Assembly: GCA_002104905.1 (NCBI GenBank)
Contig: MCFE01000160.1
Span: 85,450 to 149,449, forward strand
Direction of reading: 5' to 3'
From: Basidiobolus meristosporus CBS 931.73
Taxonomy: Eukaryota; Fungi; Basidiobolomycota
DNA length: 64,000 nt
The position numbers were made by a program, and so were the translations under genes. Under the pieces are notes generated by a model. That model saw only the letters and a list, made by a program, of their open reading frames with translations, did no database searches and was not told the DNA's origin. Of this stretch, positions 37,909-52,222 are shown one piece after another; the stretch's first letter is position 1; the number at the start of each line of letters is the position of its first letter.

Positions 37909-38168
37909 CCTCGGGTTGTCCTCAAGAGGAGCATTGCTTCTTAGCTCGATTGCTTGAACCCTACCGTTGAAATCCTGCTCCTTAATTTGTCCGTTCAGAA
38001 CATTAACGGGTGCTGAGTGTATACGAATTAATCCTTTGATTTCCCTGGACCCACCTTACACGTTGGTATCGTCCTGAATGCTCTTCGACCTCCCTAAACC
38101 CCGTTGCTAACCTTTCCCCGTGTCTCCACTAGATCAGTGACATTACTGCGAACCACGCGTTGAGAACC

Positions 38169-39138
38169 ATGACTGACACTACATTAAACAGCAACTTTGT
38201 GGAAGGTGAAGTTTGTGACGCTTTCGATGCTTTCATCGATCCCAAGTATGTGGAGGAGTCAGAGAACCTGACCAACTCGGAGCTGTTTCGTTACTACTTC
38301 GAGAGTGAACTCCCGCACCAGATTGCCGAGAGTTTGTCTTCCTCGGATAACATCGTCACCACCTCCCCTTCACCAAACATCAAAATGGAGGAGTCTGACA
38401 TAGAGCTTGTTCTGCAGACCCTTTTGAACAGCGTCAACTCCCATATCCCTGCCACCACCGAGCCGGCGCTCCTATGCGGTGACTCTGCTGCCGCATCGTC
38501 CCCCTCATCCCCACACCCTTCACCTGACCACCTTCAGCACTCTTCCAAAAAGCCTCTGGCTAAAAGCCCCACCAGGCAGCTTCGGGCCAGCTCCCTTGAG
38601 GCAGACCTGGACCCCAACAATCCCGAAATTCAAAAGCTTAGCTCCAAAGAGCGCCGCCAGCTCCGCAACAAGATATCTGCCAGAAACTTCCGAGTTCGAA
38701 GAAAGGGTAAGTGTTTCATGGGTCCTCCGCTTGTGTTCCATCACTCATCATGGTGCTTTACCCCCAGAGTACATCTCCACCTTGGAGGCGCAAGTGCAGC
38801 AGTATCAGTCGGAAATCAAGACGCTCCGAGATTCCCTCAGCACGGTTGAGGATGAGAATTCCAAACTTCGCTCCGAATTGGCCGAGATGCGCAGCAGCTT
38901 TGATGCACATGTGCCAATCTCTGATCCGATTAGTAATCCTTCTTCCCTTGCGGAAAGCGCAGTCGAGCCAATGATCATAGAGAGCCCATCTCTACGCCGA
39001 TCAGCTTCCCCGTTCACCTTCACGGTGAAATCGGGAATGGCGCCCATATCGAACGGGGAGCATTTCAACAAAGACATTCCCAACAGCGCTACCAGCCCCG
39101 CCTCCCTTTGGCAGGATAGCCGGGTTATTGTTCACTAG
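38169..39138 (+). CDS. bZIP transcription factor (intron 38707-38767)
   Basis: KERRQLRNKISARNFRVRRK-EYISTLEAQV...L...L basic region and leucine zipper joined across a GT-AG intron. Confidence 0.88.
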
Positions 39139-40344
39139 GCACCCCCTTGAGTAGTGGTATTTCTCGAAACCAGCCATCCCTTTGCTGTACCCGACCCACT
39201 GTATAGTAATGCCGAGCGCTTTCTTCCCAGCCAGCGGCGGTCGGTTGTTTGCCGACACCCCGTGGCGAGGCAAGCAGAGACCACAAGTCCCCCACCCCAT
39301 GTACATAGCATACTGAGTCGCTATTGATGTTAGGAACATCTAGCATAGTAAACATCTTTATCGTGATCCCCCGTGTTTCGCAGTTGCCTCCTAATTTGAT
39401 ATGGGCGCTGATACCCAGGGAAGGGCATCGGAGTTTAATCCGCGTCCGGCTGGAAGATCCTGCCAAATCCATGGAAATTGACAAATCTTATTCTTCCACC
39501 GGTTTCCTAAATCGGACATGGCTGTATGGGATGCATAATCGAATAAACCACGAATATTAACCCACCATTGTCACTCCTTGCCAGAACCTTCCATGTGCCT
39601 GCTGTATGGACAAAGTGCTTTGCCACCATGGCGCCGACATCCCATCGGGTGCATACTCACCAGGCTTTGGTTTCGGATGAACGGGGATATCTGCTGGGTC
39701 ATCGTGAAGCCAGGCCAACACACCCAATAGCACCCGTCGCCACTTCTGCGGTAGAGTCGCGCGCAGCACGCGGTTTGGGGCATTCGTCTCAAAGGCCCCT
39801 TCTCACAAAGAGCATTACCTCTATTGGATCCGATTGTCCTTCACTCCGGTGTGAGTAATTGTTTTACTTGATTGCGGGGATGACCATCATGCAACCCGGT
39901 GAGCCAGTGGTGTCACTGCGTTAACGCTATGTCCAGCGCTCTTTGTGAGCTGGCTGCCACGTGACCGGGCCTTGCCCAGCTGGCGACGCAGAGCAATCGA
40001 CAGGCTCGCCAGTGGATCAGTTGGATACTGCGGAGGCGCCATTGAGGGCGAGACCTTGTTGAAAACAATCGGGATGGGAGATCCGCCGATTCAGAGGAGC
40101 TCTGAAGCACACATTCTTAGAAGCAGATGGAATCCGTCTACAATGGGTAACCTCACTGGACTATTTGGACCCTACTTCATGTATACATGTTACATGAATC
40201 TAGACAAAACCATCCTATTTCGTTGTCCATCTATTATTAGTTAATATACTCTGTGTAAGTTTAATCAGCCAGGAAAAGTTTATTTTGGTCTAATTGGCAA
40301 TATTTAGCGGGAAGCCTGGGAGTGCTGCTGACTTACTGGTTATC

Positions 40345-41884
40345 ATGTCTCAACCTCAACCACCTGCCTTGGACAGCACCAAAGAAACTGAAGATCCCGA
40401 AAAGGTACCCCAAATCTATTTCGCTTCGCCTTTTTCTCTATAGTGATGCTTCGTTGAAGTTGCCAACTGGCTGGCCATGGTAGCTTGTTACCTGTTTATT
40501 TCCTTCCTGATACCCAAGAGCTCCTTATTAGTACACGTCCCCTTCAGTAACTTCGGCCCAAGCATATGTAGTAACCTTGTGTCCAGATTCTTCTAGAGCC
40601 TTACAACTACCTTCGACAGTACCCTGGAAAAGAAATCCGTACCTTATTAATCGATGCTTTTGATCATTGGCTGCGTGTGCCTCAACCGGAGCTCAAGGTG
40701 ATCACTAAGGTGATCGAGATGCTCCACACGGCTAGTTTGTTGTAAGTAAAGTTTCTCTTGGCCACGCCCTGCCTCCTCTCGTGAGACACTAAACTTCGAT
40801 TCATAGGATTGACGATGTGGAAGATGATTCCAAACTTCGTCGTGGCGTCCCAGGTAGGAAGAGGTCAGGTGCATGGTCGCTCTCGACTTGGTTATTTATA
40901 AACTCTTTCAACAGTGGCGCATAAAATATACGGGGTACCCATCACCATTAACGCAGCAAACTACGCCTATTTCCTTGCGCTTGACGAAATCAGCAAGCTG
41001 CAGAACCCCAAAATGGTCCAGATCTTCACAGGTATGCCGAGTTGCCCTTGGCCTCTGAACGTCCTTCGAGCCGACTCACTGACGTTTCCAATAAGAGGAG
41101 CTCCTTAATTTACATAGGGGCCAAGGAATGGATCTTTTCTGGAGAGATACCGTCACATGTCCTACGGAAGAGGAATACATCCAGATGGTGGGGAACAGTC
41201 AGTATATCCAAGCATATCATTACCAAGCTTCAAGCCTTTGACAAGTCAAACTCTGATAGAAACCGGCGGCCTTCTAAGATTAGCAGTGAAACTAATGGAA
41301 GAAGCCAGTGCATCTTGCGTGTAAGGGTCTTTCGTTCGGAGAGAAACACCACCTCAGCGGATTAACCCGTCTCCTTTTACTAGCGAGTACGTTCCTTTAG
41401 TGAATATCATAGGAATCCATTTTCAAATCCGGGACGACCTCATGAACCTCAAATCAGACCTAGTAAGTCTTGCTAACAGCCAACACACCCGGACAGCGCA
41501 CTGACCACCTGCGAACCCAATCCAGTACTCCGACAACAAGGGATACTGTGAGGACCTAACTGAAGGGAAATTCTCATTTCCCGTTATCCATTGCATTCGA
41601 GCCGACACGTCGAATAGACAGTTACTCAGTAGGTGCATTCGTACGTTGGCCAACCTGTAGCATTCTCTCACGTATCCCTCTCGGCAGATATACTCAAACA
41701 GCGCACGCTGGATAAAGATGTGAAGAAATTCGCTGTACATTTAATGGAAAAGACCAACTCATTCGAATACACCTTCGAGCGTCTCCAGGTCTACGAAAAG
41801 CAAGCACGCCAGGAAATCGCTCGGCTTGGGGGCAATGTGAAGCTCGAGAAAATTTTAGATAGATTAAGCGTTGACTTCAAATAA
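40345..41884 (+). CDS. BTS1: Geranylgeranyl pyrophosphate synthase (multi-exon)
   Basis: [26 protein letters not shown] (first Asp-rich motif), LH.GQG, FQIRDD and [13 protein letters not shown]. Confidence 0.93.
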
Positions 41885-42565
41885 ACTACGTGACTTGGTT
41901 GTAATATGAATGTTGTGTGGGACGATACAGTCAAAATACAATTCCCTTCCCACTCCCGTCAACACTGAATCGTTGTTTGTCGATCAACTAGTGCAGTGTA
42001 TTCTGGAATGGAAATCGTCAGAAAACCTACTTGGCTGGTTTTGAATGCACCAGTTGACAGTGTGACCTCTTCAGCTGACACACAATCCTGAGAATAACCA
42101 GGAGATGGTCGTGTCCTTCAGTTGCTATCATTGTGGTCATGAACATGTTCATCGTACATTTGAAGGTACACAACAGGATTCGCATTTCCGTAAACAAAAA
42201 GCCATCAAACTGCTTCGTGGCGTTCCACGAATTATTGATATAAATCGTTCGTATCACTCACCTATCCATTTTCAACACAACACTAGCCTCACTGATCCAC
42301 TGTACAAATCATTCGGAACATGAGGTAACATCTATGCATCATCAACATCGCAAAGAATCACCCCATGAAGATCGTGCGACTCTTACATCATCAACCAGAT
42401 AGCATCATGCGAAGTTGAGTGTGGGGCTTTATCAGTTCGCCTGGGTGATTGTGCAGGCCAACGTGCTGTATCCCACGGATTCTTGTCTTGTTGGGGACTT
42501 GGGTTTTATTGGCTTTCGATTTACAAGATGCGGTGGTGACAAACCTGCGCTTATATGTATTTGAT

Positions 42566-43319
42566 TCAGAGGTAAGCAAGTACGTAATACGTGTCGCGGT
42601 GCACCTTTTCCTTGCCACCATAGCTGTAATTCATTCCTCCCTTGAAATGGGGACCAACTTTACCAAGATGTTCGCCGCCTTGAACGCGTACCTTGGCGAC
42701 ATAGAGTGGTTTACCATCGTTCTCTTCGCCACCTTCGACTGGATTCCATGATTCTGGATTCACCAGCCCTTTGCATTCAATCCAGCGAAGTTGTCTAGCA
42801 TCTCCACAGAGCACATAATACTCCTTCAGGGTGATCTCTTTGCCTATTGGAAATGGGAAAGAAAGTTGGTTAATACCAATCAACTGTGTAAAAAACTGCA
42901 AGCACACCGAGGCCAACCTCCATAACCAATAGCAAGCCCTTTAAGATGGGGAGCAGCTTTGCCGGGATGAAGACCGCCTTGGTAATATTGTCTACAAAAG
43001 TCAGTTGTCTGGTTAACTTTTGATTGTTCTGTCTACCCGAGACTCGTAGTGATTTTACCTAGCAATGAACAAAGGTTTTCCGTCCGACTCTACACCACCT
43101 TGTACGGCATTAGGTGGAACAGAGCTGCAATATCAAGTATTAGTACCGGAGGATCACCTTACACAGCGGCAGCATAACAACATACCCATCTGTTGCATAG
43201 ATCCAGTCAAACTTTGGCTTTGGCTGTTCATATCTCGGCGGTGGGTCCATGTGTTGACCAGTTTGGCCGGGAGGGAAGAAACCACCGGCAGGTGTAGGAC
43301 TTTGAGGGTAACCAGACAT
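42566..43319 (-). CDS. DM9/DUF3421-repeat protein with Pro/Gln-rich N-terminus
   Basis: Two repeats: AVQGGVESDGKPLFIAR...LHPGK...GYGG and PVEGGEENDGKPLYVAK...HLGK...SYGG. Confidence 0.82.
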
Positions 43320-44320
43320 TGTGTAAGATAAACAATAAGGAAAAATACCAATTGGAAAACCTACCGTGTATAAATAATCCAGAGTTAAATACAGCTTTCG
43401 GGCCTGATTTTTTGTTATCTTGGCGTTTTGGACCACGACCGGGTATTGGTTCGTTAAGCCTGAAATGCTGATTATTGTATGTTAAGCACTGTACTTCATC
43501 TACCGCGTAAGTGAAGATGACACTAGTCCCGATTGCCTTTTTTGAATGTATGTATCATGTTCAAGGAACTTGGAAAGCGGTTTCTAAAGGAAACGCTCCA
43601 TGGTGCCTTTGGGAGATCACAAGCATTTATTTGCTTAAGGGCGGCATCGATGGCCTTCTGTTTCACACGGTGCGTACCCCGCAAAGAAACCGGGTTTACC
43701 TTTCAATTTGTGAATGTGGCCGCCTTGTACAGAACAATCATTCTTGAGCGTCTGCAGCTGTGGTAGGGCCCGAGGAAGCATCTGCAGTGCCATCGGGTGT
43801 ACTGCGAAGATGGATTTTCTCGTACCAGGATTGTTGCTTTCTTGAAGGGTAACTATTGATGTGGATTTTTATCATTAGCCTCAAATGCTATCCAACTGGC
43901 ACATGTAGATGGATGCGCAGATTGCGGTTGTCACTGCGCAATCACTGCGCAAGCACATGCTGAATTCCCGGATATTCTTGTATCCATATCACGCTATGTC
44001 TTGGCATCTACTACATTTGGGATTATCGCGCATTGATATTTCCCGTTTCCACAACAAAAAATTCCAAAATGAATGGAGGTTGACTTTGCTAGATTTATAC
44101 AAGTTACCTCCAAACTAGCCCAATACAGTCGTTCAAGGTTGATGTACATCAGCCTGTGCTTTGTTGGTTACGAACCTTGGCTTGTCGAATGGATTGTTGC
44201 ATTTTCCACTCGGCTTACAGCCGAGTTTTTAATTTTATGTGAAATATTTGTTGAAAACATTATATCATTATAGCTGGCATACAGTATATATGAATCGAGT
44301 CGTGACAGGAGGGATTTTCT

Positions 44321-47300
44321 TCACCACTCAGATCCTTCTATTTTGAAAACTTCCGCATAATTGAAATGCCGATTTACCAAGCTGTAGACTGGGGCGGGGA
44401 GATTGATTGATATCAAGACATTCTGAACTTTTGACAAACCATGGCTCTTGATAAGACGGTTCAGGACCTCAGATACAAGCGAAGGATACTGGTTGGGGAT
44501 CGCATCAGTTATCATAGATGTGCGCGCGTGGTAAATTCTTCAGCATTCTACTTACCACCATCTCATTGTACCATCTTTCGTTGTGTACGACCAACTGAGC
44601 AATTGCTGACAATGTTTGTTGAAGATCGTCTTCGTCCGCATAGATCTTCATTAGTCTTGTCCAGGCTTTCGCAGAGAATTTGTTATGCAGACAGCGCTCA
44701 TACGCCTCCTTGGCTTCTTTCTGTTGTACATCATTCTAGTTGAATGGAAGGTCTGAAATACACTTCTGATAAACCAACCTTATGATGCAGTCTAAGCGCC
44801 AAATCACCCAACGCTTCCCACTCAGAACCGGTTTTAGAATAGATCAGTTGCTGTGATTTGACATGAAAGGCTTCAGCTCTCCAGGAAGTGTATGCACGCA
44901 AGTCCTGTAAAAAGGAATAAAAATCAACTGGGTTGGCCAAGCAATAGTAGAATCGAGTGGGAGAGGACCTCATAGAGCACCATGAATAAATTGTCAAGCC
45001 ATCTGATCCGCATGAAATGAATGCTCTTAGTATGAATGGTGCGCTAATAATTCCGATGATTGCTACCTTTCACAAAGCCTCTTGTTACTGAAGGGGGTGG
45101 TAGCGTCCTTGCCGATGTGAACAAGCCGTTACTATAGAGCCAGATTCCAGGCAAACTGAAGCCCAAATACCTTATCTGATTGCTCATTATCCTTTTCTAC
45201 AGCTGGAATGTTAAAGCCAACCTTTTTACCATTGGCCCGGGAAGATTTACGAGTATTCTGCTCTGCTCCAGCCTCATTTTCCTGAGGATCGTCTATTTCA
45301 AAGGACTGTGGTGCTTTGCTGGATGATTTGTCTGAACTAGGCAGCATGTTCTGATGGTCAGATGTACCCATTGAGCTATCATTTAGATTAGCGTTTTTCA
45401 TTTTCTCAGCGATGGATTCCTGAGCGTCTGACACCTTGGGCTCAGAGTCCTCTGCTGTAGCTTCCATATTAACTGGTGGTTCACTTATAGGCGAAGTTGT
45501 AGACGCGCCTTCTGAAGTTTCATCGTTATCCATACTCTCAGCATTGGTCAGTGATTGCTCCGGTCTTTCGGGCTCTTGCTGTAAACTAGATTCTTGGGTT
45601 TCGATCTGTTTTGTTTTAACGTCAAGGGGTACGTCGTCGTCCTTATCGGAATTAGGCGTGCTTTCATCATCTGAGGGAGAAGTATGTTCATGGGCTCTTT
45701 GAAGACGGTATTCTTCCTCCATCACAAATACGGCGGACCTACATCTCAGAAGGTCGTCCCATCCAATTTTCGAGACTAGTAAAGTAAGAATATTGTAGGC
45801 CCTTGCAAATGTGCCCTTCAGTGAGGGTGCAGGGAGCCTGGCAAGGGTCGATTGTACCTGTATGCTCTATTAATTGCAAAGTATCGTTTGATTGCTTGAA
45901 CGATAAAGACCCTTTACCTCAAGCTCTTTCTCTTCTTCCTCTTCCGGAACAATCCCGTAATTTCCTTCTACTTTTGTTGGAAGGTGAATTTTCAAAGGTT
46001 GCGGCATTCGAGGGATATCCCTATCAGTGTAAGTAAACATCGGGCAAGAGTTGAGAGTCAGCAATGCCTAAAATCACATAGATAAGTAAGGAAATATAAA
46101 AAAGTATGCCGCAACTCATTTACTGAATCGAAGTCGTTTAATTCCATATAGATTTCGGTTAACTTGGCCCATGTGAGGAATTCTGAAGGTGCGCTATTTA
46201 CTGATTGCTTGGCCAGCTGCAGAGCAATGTCCATCTTGTTCTATGATCGGGCGTTAATAATCAGGCGGTCCTTAATTTGCAAAGTGTAATTTACCTTTCC
46301 CAACAGAAAATCAGCCTGGACATGAAGTAAAGGATAGCTCATGCTCTTCTTCTTCAGAGCGTGATGCAACGCATTTACTCCCTTGATTTCTTCATCTGTT
46401 AAGCGATGTCCGCTTAGCTGCACGATCAAAATGGGGTTGAGGTCTGCTTCTCGAGTACTTACCCATCCCAAAATACGATTGCGCTAGGAGAGCAGTCACC
46501 TCAGGGTCTTTCGTATATAGTGTGACGAGTTAATGATACTTTGATGCTATTGAGTTTTCCCATCAATAACGTTAAATAAAGGATATTTTTCTCGAAGAAA
46601 GTTGCTGCAACGTCAAATCGGCCACTCTCGGTGAAGTATTTCATTAATCCATCAACGAGGTAGTTCCGGGCATTTGTGGCGACTTGGATAGTCGGATCAC
46701 TTCCAAGCTGCCAGCCTGCGTCCACAACGAGAATGAGATGACTATAAATCCCGTAAATTGAATATATCCGCCTGACCTTTGAAAAATACTTGTTCGGCCG
46801 ACTCAAGGAAACGCCTCTCGGCATCAAGATTGGCTATTGGGTCGAGTTTCCGCAATCCTAATAGATGATAGGCCTCGTCCCCCGAATACAGAAAAGAGCG
46901 CAGTATAGACGATACATATGCCTCATGCCATATTTCGGGTTTTGCTTCTGTCCTAATAATACGCATGAGCACTTTGAAGAGTATTTAAAAGCCAATTGCC
47001 AAAATCTATACTTCGCCCCCTTGTGGTCTACAACATAGCTAGATACACCTCCAGGTATATTAACTTCAACACGAACATCGACTCTGGAGAACGCATTATA
47101 ACAGCTGAGACAAAAAAATAAACGTTGATTTTAGTATTGTCTTTGGCTCAAAGCTGGTGCTGAGATTACCAATAAACTCCTGAATTTATCTTCCAGGCTG
47201 CGCCTTTGCCAAACCAACCATGGGTATCATCCTTTGCCGAAAGAAATCAGCACAATTGTACGTATAAATTACTCCATATAAATTCCATTGTTTACCAGTG

Positions 47301-47705
47301 AATAGGTTAATGAGTTTATGTATGCTGCAAGGCTGGCCGAAGAAGAAGCATCAATTCCCATAATATGGTGATAAGAGCCAATCTAGAAGATTATAATTGT
47401 TAATGAGCACCCTAATGAATACTGATGAAAAGAAGAAGGGGTTTGTAGGGACGCAAGGTCCTGTAAAATATTATTCTATACGCACCTCTTTAATCCCTTG
47501 CTTGCCAGTTGATTTCGTTACATGGCAAAGATCTGGGGGGCCCAGTTCTTTGTACGAGGCTACAAGTTTAGAGAGGTATTGTATCAGTAACCAAACTACG
47601 TTTTTCTTCGCAAGAATACCAACCTAATTCTTCGGTTCTAACATTTAACGACTCTTTCAGTTCGTTTTCAAATATCTCGGGGATATCTTTCAATGTCTCG
47701 CTCAT
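44321..47705 (-). CDS. ChAPs family (Chs5-Arf1-binding; BUD7/BCH1-like exomer subunit), multi-exon with one AT-AC intron
   Basis: LGPPDLCH, SLAAYI, CYNAFSR.D.RV, W.EAYVSSILR, DPEV..LLA, L...N..P and C.RWLDNLF motifs. Confidence 0.88.
46520..46586 (-). other. U12-type (minor spliceosome) AT-AC intron, 67 bp
   Basis: On the minus strand: 5' ATATCCTTT, branch TCATTAAC 9 nt before the terminal AC; removal gives FFEK-IYTKDPEVTALLAQ in frame. Confidence 0.9.
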
Positions 47706-48263
47706 AGGGATATATTACGGCTAGGAAAGCCAGATAAATAAGGCATACAACTCTAGATTGAATTTATACAGAGGGCAGGTGACTAAATGCTGGGATTGTT
47801 GAATTTAACTCACCAAAGTGGATACCTCGATGACGTCCTGTGATGCTTATCCAAAAAGAGGCTGTAATTAATATTGCATGCCTGAGCTTATCCAAGCTAT
47901 CATTAAAGTTGTATAATCTGATGGATAAATATATATAATGAAAATTACCATGTCTGGGGAATGGGGCTAATTTTATGGATGAAAGGCTAGAAGCTGGGAG
48001 GTAGATACAAGAGCAGGAATTAAACTATAAACCGTGAAGTCGGCAGAATAGCCATCGATATCTTTTATTGCTGACAGACACGCTTTTAAAGATCTTTTCA
48101 CTTGATGTTGTGGCAGTCTTCGGATGGCTTAATCGATATCAGTTACTCTAAGCAATTGCATATCTGTATCTAAGCGGATATTTCATACTAGAAGTAATGC
48201 GAGTGTTCCATTGTTTCGATATTTGAATGGAATGCAAGTTCAATGATCAAACTGCTAGCTTCG

Positions 48264-49718
48264 CTATGCTTTGAGAAATTTCAAAACCCCAGCCAATATC
48301 GAGCCCAATAGCATCATAGCTCCAGAATACATAATGGTTGGTATATAGGAGAAGTGCCCATATTGCTGAGACGCGTCCAAGATCACTCCAGCAATTGGTA
48401 TGCCAATTAAACTTCCAATACCGATTGAAACGTATAAGAAGCCGTTGACAGTAGCTAGCTTCTCTATCCCTGCATGTCCTTATCCATTAGTATGGGGTCC
48501 GTGTCAATCAAAAATGAGTAAGGTACCATTCACTTCAGACGCCACCACCGGAAACAAACTAACAAACCCTCCAGCGGTAAAGCCATATAGTAATACAAAG
48601 CATAGTAACGCCGTAAAGCCTGTAGCAAAACTCCATAGCAAGAATATTGAGAGGGTACCAACAAATAAAGACAAAAAAAGACTATTGATGCGCCCCATTC
48701 CGTCGGCCAGAAACCCAAGTACCACTCTTCCTAATGCAGACGACCCATTCAGCAAGCCCAATAGCAAAGAGCCCATTTCTACCGACAATCCGGTATATAG
48801 CACGTAGTCTTCGGATGCCGTCTGTTAATTATCCATCAGAGATATTCAGTTGGTATCTGATGCACTTACTTGGAAGGAAGAAGAACGGCACCAGGTACCC
48901 AAAACTGACGATCATTCCGATTAGGAATAGAACAGTAAACCTGGGGTTTCTAAAGAGCAAAAAATCCAATATTGGCGTGTTGGGCTTGCTCTGGATACGA
49001 GTTCTCAGCAGAATAGAGGCTATGCTTAGCAGGACAAAGCCCCCAAGCCCAAGTATGCGTAAGCTCCATCTGAACCCAACTTTGCTAATCAAACTTCTAG
49101 TGATCGGTGCCAATGCCAAGCCACCAATCCCGCCACCAGAGACGGCTATCCCAGTTGCTAGTCCTCTACGCTTCGTGAACCACTGAGATGGAACACTTAC
49201 AGCAGGGAAAAAGCAGAGGGACCCTCCCAGGCCATACAAGACTCCTTGCGATAAATAAAGGTGCCAGACCTATGGTGCTCATGTTAATAGCCAAGCAATC
49301 AGATCTACGCGAGCATCGATTCGCATACCTCACTTGCAAATGAAGCGATGATTAGTCCACCACACAAGATGACATTTCCCAGAAATTGAATCCTCTTGAA
49401 CCCGTACATATCAGCCAATCGGCCAGACACTAATCCGAAAATAAAGAGGATCGAAGAGCCTAGAGTTCCGATAAACGAGATCTTCGATTCCTTCACACCA
49501 GGAAACACTATGGCTGCATAATGCTGTTGATACACCCCAAAGGTATACTGGAGCCCCAATACTATAAAATGTATAAGGAAACTCGAGGCCACCACCAACC
49601 ATCCCCAGCCCCCTTCTGGAAATTCGTTGGTTTCTTTGTAACCAGCAACATCAGACTTAAGAGGCGGGCCAACCCTGGATAACTCTACGGATGCCTTTTC
49701 CATATCAGCAAGGGTCAT
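48264..49718 (-). CDS. MFS monocarboxylate-transporter-like protein (MCH family), multi-exon
   Basis: FPEGGWGWLVV, QWFTKRRGLATGIAVSGGGIGG, GR.VLG.LAD..GR and multiple transmembrane helices. Confidence 0.9.
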
Positions 49719-50147
49719 GGGATTGAGTGTTGGGCTAGTGTGACTGTCTGACTAGGCAGGCCCAAGAGAGACTGTCATCGCTGAAAGATTGCACGGCCTG
49801 GCTTAAGTACTTAGCAGTGCAATTAATATCCCGACACCGGTTACGGTTGCCTCGCAGTGTAGTGGAGTTACAAAGTCGAGACAACACCGTCTCAGGGCTG
49901 CTTGGGTGTTATGTCACTTGATTGTGTGATGTGCGATGGAGATTTAGCCATGGCACCCACCTATGAATTGTCTGTAATGGCTTAAGAGCTCCAAGAAAGA
50001 ACGTGATTTGCTACATTCTAGTAAGGTTTATCTACAGTTTTTTACATACAGTGGCCCGACTGAGGGTACAGTATATGCTGTAACATCCCCTCGAACGGTG
50101 CTCAAGGAATCACAAAAGGTTCATGAAGGTATTAATGTCCGATACCC

Positions 50148-52222
50148 CTAGTATTTGCTACCATGCTGGGGCTTGTCGTAGCTCATTTTCTCCGACACCT
50201 CTGTCCACACTTCTATTGGACTAAGGAACTTGTTTGCATCCAAAACCACTCGATCAGTTGCTGGCTGCTGGACATACTCGTCAGGCAGGTTGGAATCCCA
50301 GCCGTAATTCTCCATGATGGTGAAGTAGAAGTCAGCCTTTTGTGGGAATTTTCGGGGCGCGTCCTCTCTCTTGCTTAATCCCGCTTCCGTGATCTGCCAC
50401 AGGAGATTTTCATATGAGAAAACCATCCCACCTGGTGCAGTGCTGATCGGCGGGTTAGTGCCGGTTGGAAAAGGAGAGGTGACGAACGTGCGCACTTTCA
50501 TAACACGTTGCAGAAAGCTACAGAATGGTGAAGCGTTAGATTTTCAAGGCACTTGATAATTGTACACACTCAACCATACTTTGAAACCGATGAGCAGGTT
50601 GACGCACATCTTCCATTGGAAACGATAGCTATATTCTTTGCCTGGAACCATGGTTTACGAACGATGTTGCGATTGACGTGATAGTCGCAATTGTATTGCA
50701 TCAAGTGGGTGAAATCGGATGGCTCGCCTCCTCGGTTGTATGTCATACCTGGTAACATGCATGAAAGCTGTTGATGCAGAGCATTCTCATGAGGGTCATA
50801 ATAGTTGGAGCATTTCCATATAGAATTGTGCTTGGCTAGCTCCATCGATAGTGGCGAGCGCGAAAGGTCCGACTGATAGTAAAGTTGGGAGTGTGGAACT
50901 TCTGGGAACAAATACTTCACCAACTTATAGCCAAGACAAATAGATCCCCCTGGATTGTTCGTGAAATCCTACGACGCAACATGTTATCAGGTACTCGAAT
51001 GGGCTCTAGGATCGCTGTCCTTGCCACTTACCAAGATTAGCTTCTGTATGCCAAGCTGCTTGAATTTCTCTAACCCTCGCTCCATGTGAGTATCAAAGTC
51101 ACTTGACGACAGCTTTTCGCCCAAGGAGAATGTTGAAAGTACCAATATCCCCGTGTTATTGTTAAGCCGATAGAATTTCAGCGGGCCTGTGCCGACTAGA
51201 GGGTTGTTTAGGAGATCAGGAAATCTACTGTAGGGGGTGGTTGGGTTTTCCACTTCGGACTGCCCAGGCCCCGTTTCTGGCAATATGCCTAGAGTGGAAG
51301 GATTCAGAAACTGCATTTCATATGGGCTTGTGGACTCGACATCACAGTATTCCTTTTTGTAGCTGGGTGTGCTTGAGAAACTGTTTAGCCGTATTTGTGA
51401 GCTGGCTATCCACGGGACTGTAACAGTTGTGGAATAGTCGTAAGGCGATCGGACGGTGTAGGTGATACTTTCCTTGTCAGGCACTATGCCGGGCGAGGCC
51501 CAATATCCGTAGAAGCTCCTCCATTGCCCTGACGATGTTGATGCATGGTTGGCCAGCAGTAATTCAAATCGCTGTTGAGCGTCCTTGGTTCGACCAAGCG
51601 CTTCATCGGCGAACTGTTGCAGTGCTTCTATCACAGGAACCCCGTCTATTTCGGTGACTTCCATCCCTAGGTAGTCTTCGACGCTCAATCCAGAGATCTC
51701 CCTCACTTTGTCGTACAGCCCTTGTCGAAACATGAGGTGATCTAGGATGTATACGCGTTGAACGCCCATCGAGTCTACGTACGAAATCAGTGGGAATGCT
51801 TGGATGAAACTCATGGTTCGGTAACACCCTGGCTGATATCCTACGTGGCCATCGTTTAATGGTATAAATACTTCCTGAACGCTTTTTTGGAAGTCGAAGT
51901 CATTCGTGAAATTTGCAACCAACAGGTCCTGTAAATCTTGCATCAAGTCTATGCCAGCAGGGCCCTCTTTGGCAACATCCCTGAACACATAAAATTGAAG
52001 AGCTTTCATTAGGTTATTTACTGTCTGTTCTCTCACACTTTCCACAAATGGAATATTTCTGTAGCATGCCAGAACAGCGTCGTAGGTTAGGAACTCCTCT
52101 GAACTCTGGGAAAGAGTGGTGCATGGGTCGATCTGTGACACTTTAGGTGTCGGATTCGCTAGCACCCAACTGCAAAATGTGCCGGCAAACAGGATTAATC
52201 TGAGGGGTTTAACGATTACCAT
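50148..52222 (-). CDS. Secreted S41-family (CPAF-like) peptidase, multi-exon
   Basis: Signal peptide, DGHV.Y motif, V..IDG PDZ-like segment, G+L.LSTF and IVSNGRCASTCS (catalytic Ser context). Confidence 0.8.

Noticed and set aside
40441-40512. Possible C/D-box snoRNA in the long first intron of the GGPP synthase gene (GTGATGC ... CTGA)
   Set aside because: The C box is imperfect, there is no terminal stem, and I could not identify a guide sequence.
40345-52222. GGPP synthase, MFS transporter and peptidase as a secondary-metabolite cluster
   Set aside because: No terpene cyclase, P450 or other tailoring enzyme is present. The GGPPS looks like the housekeeping type, and the intervening genes are unrelated.
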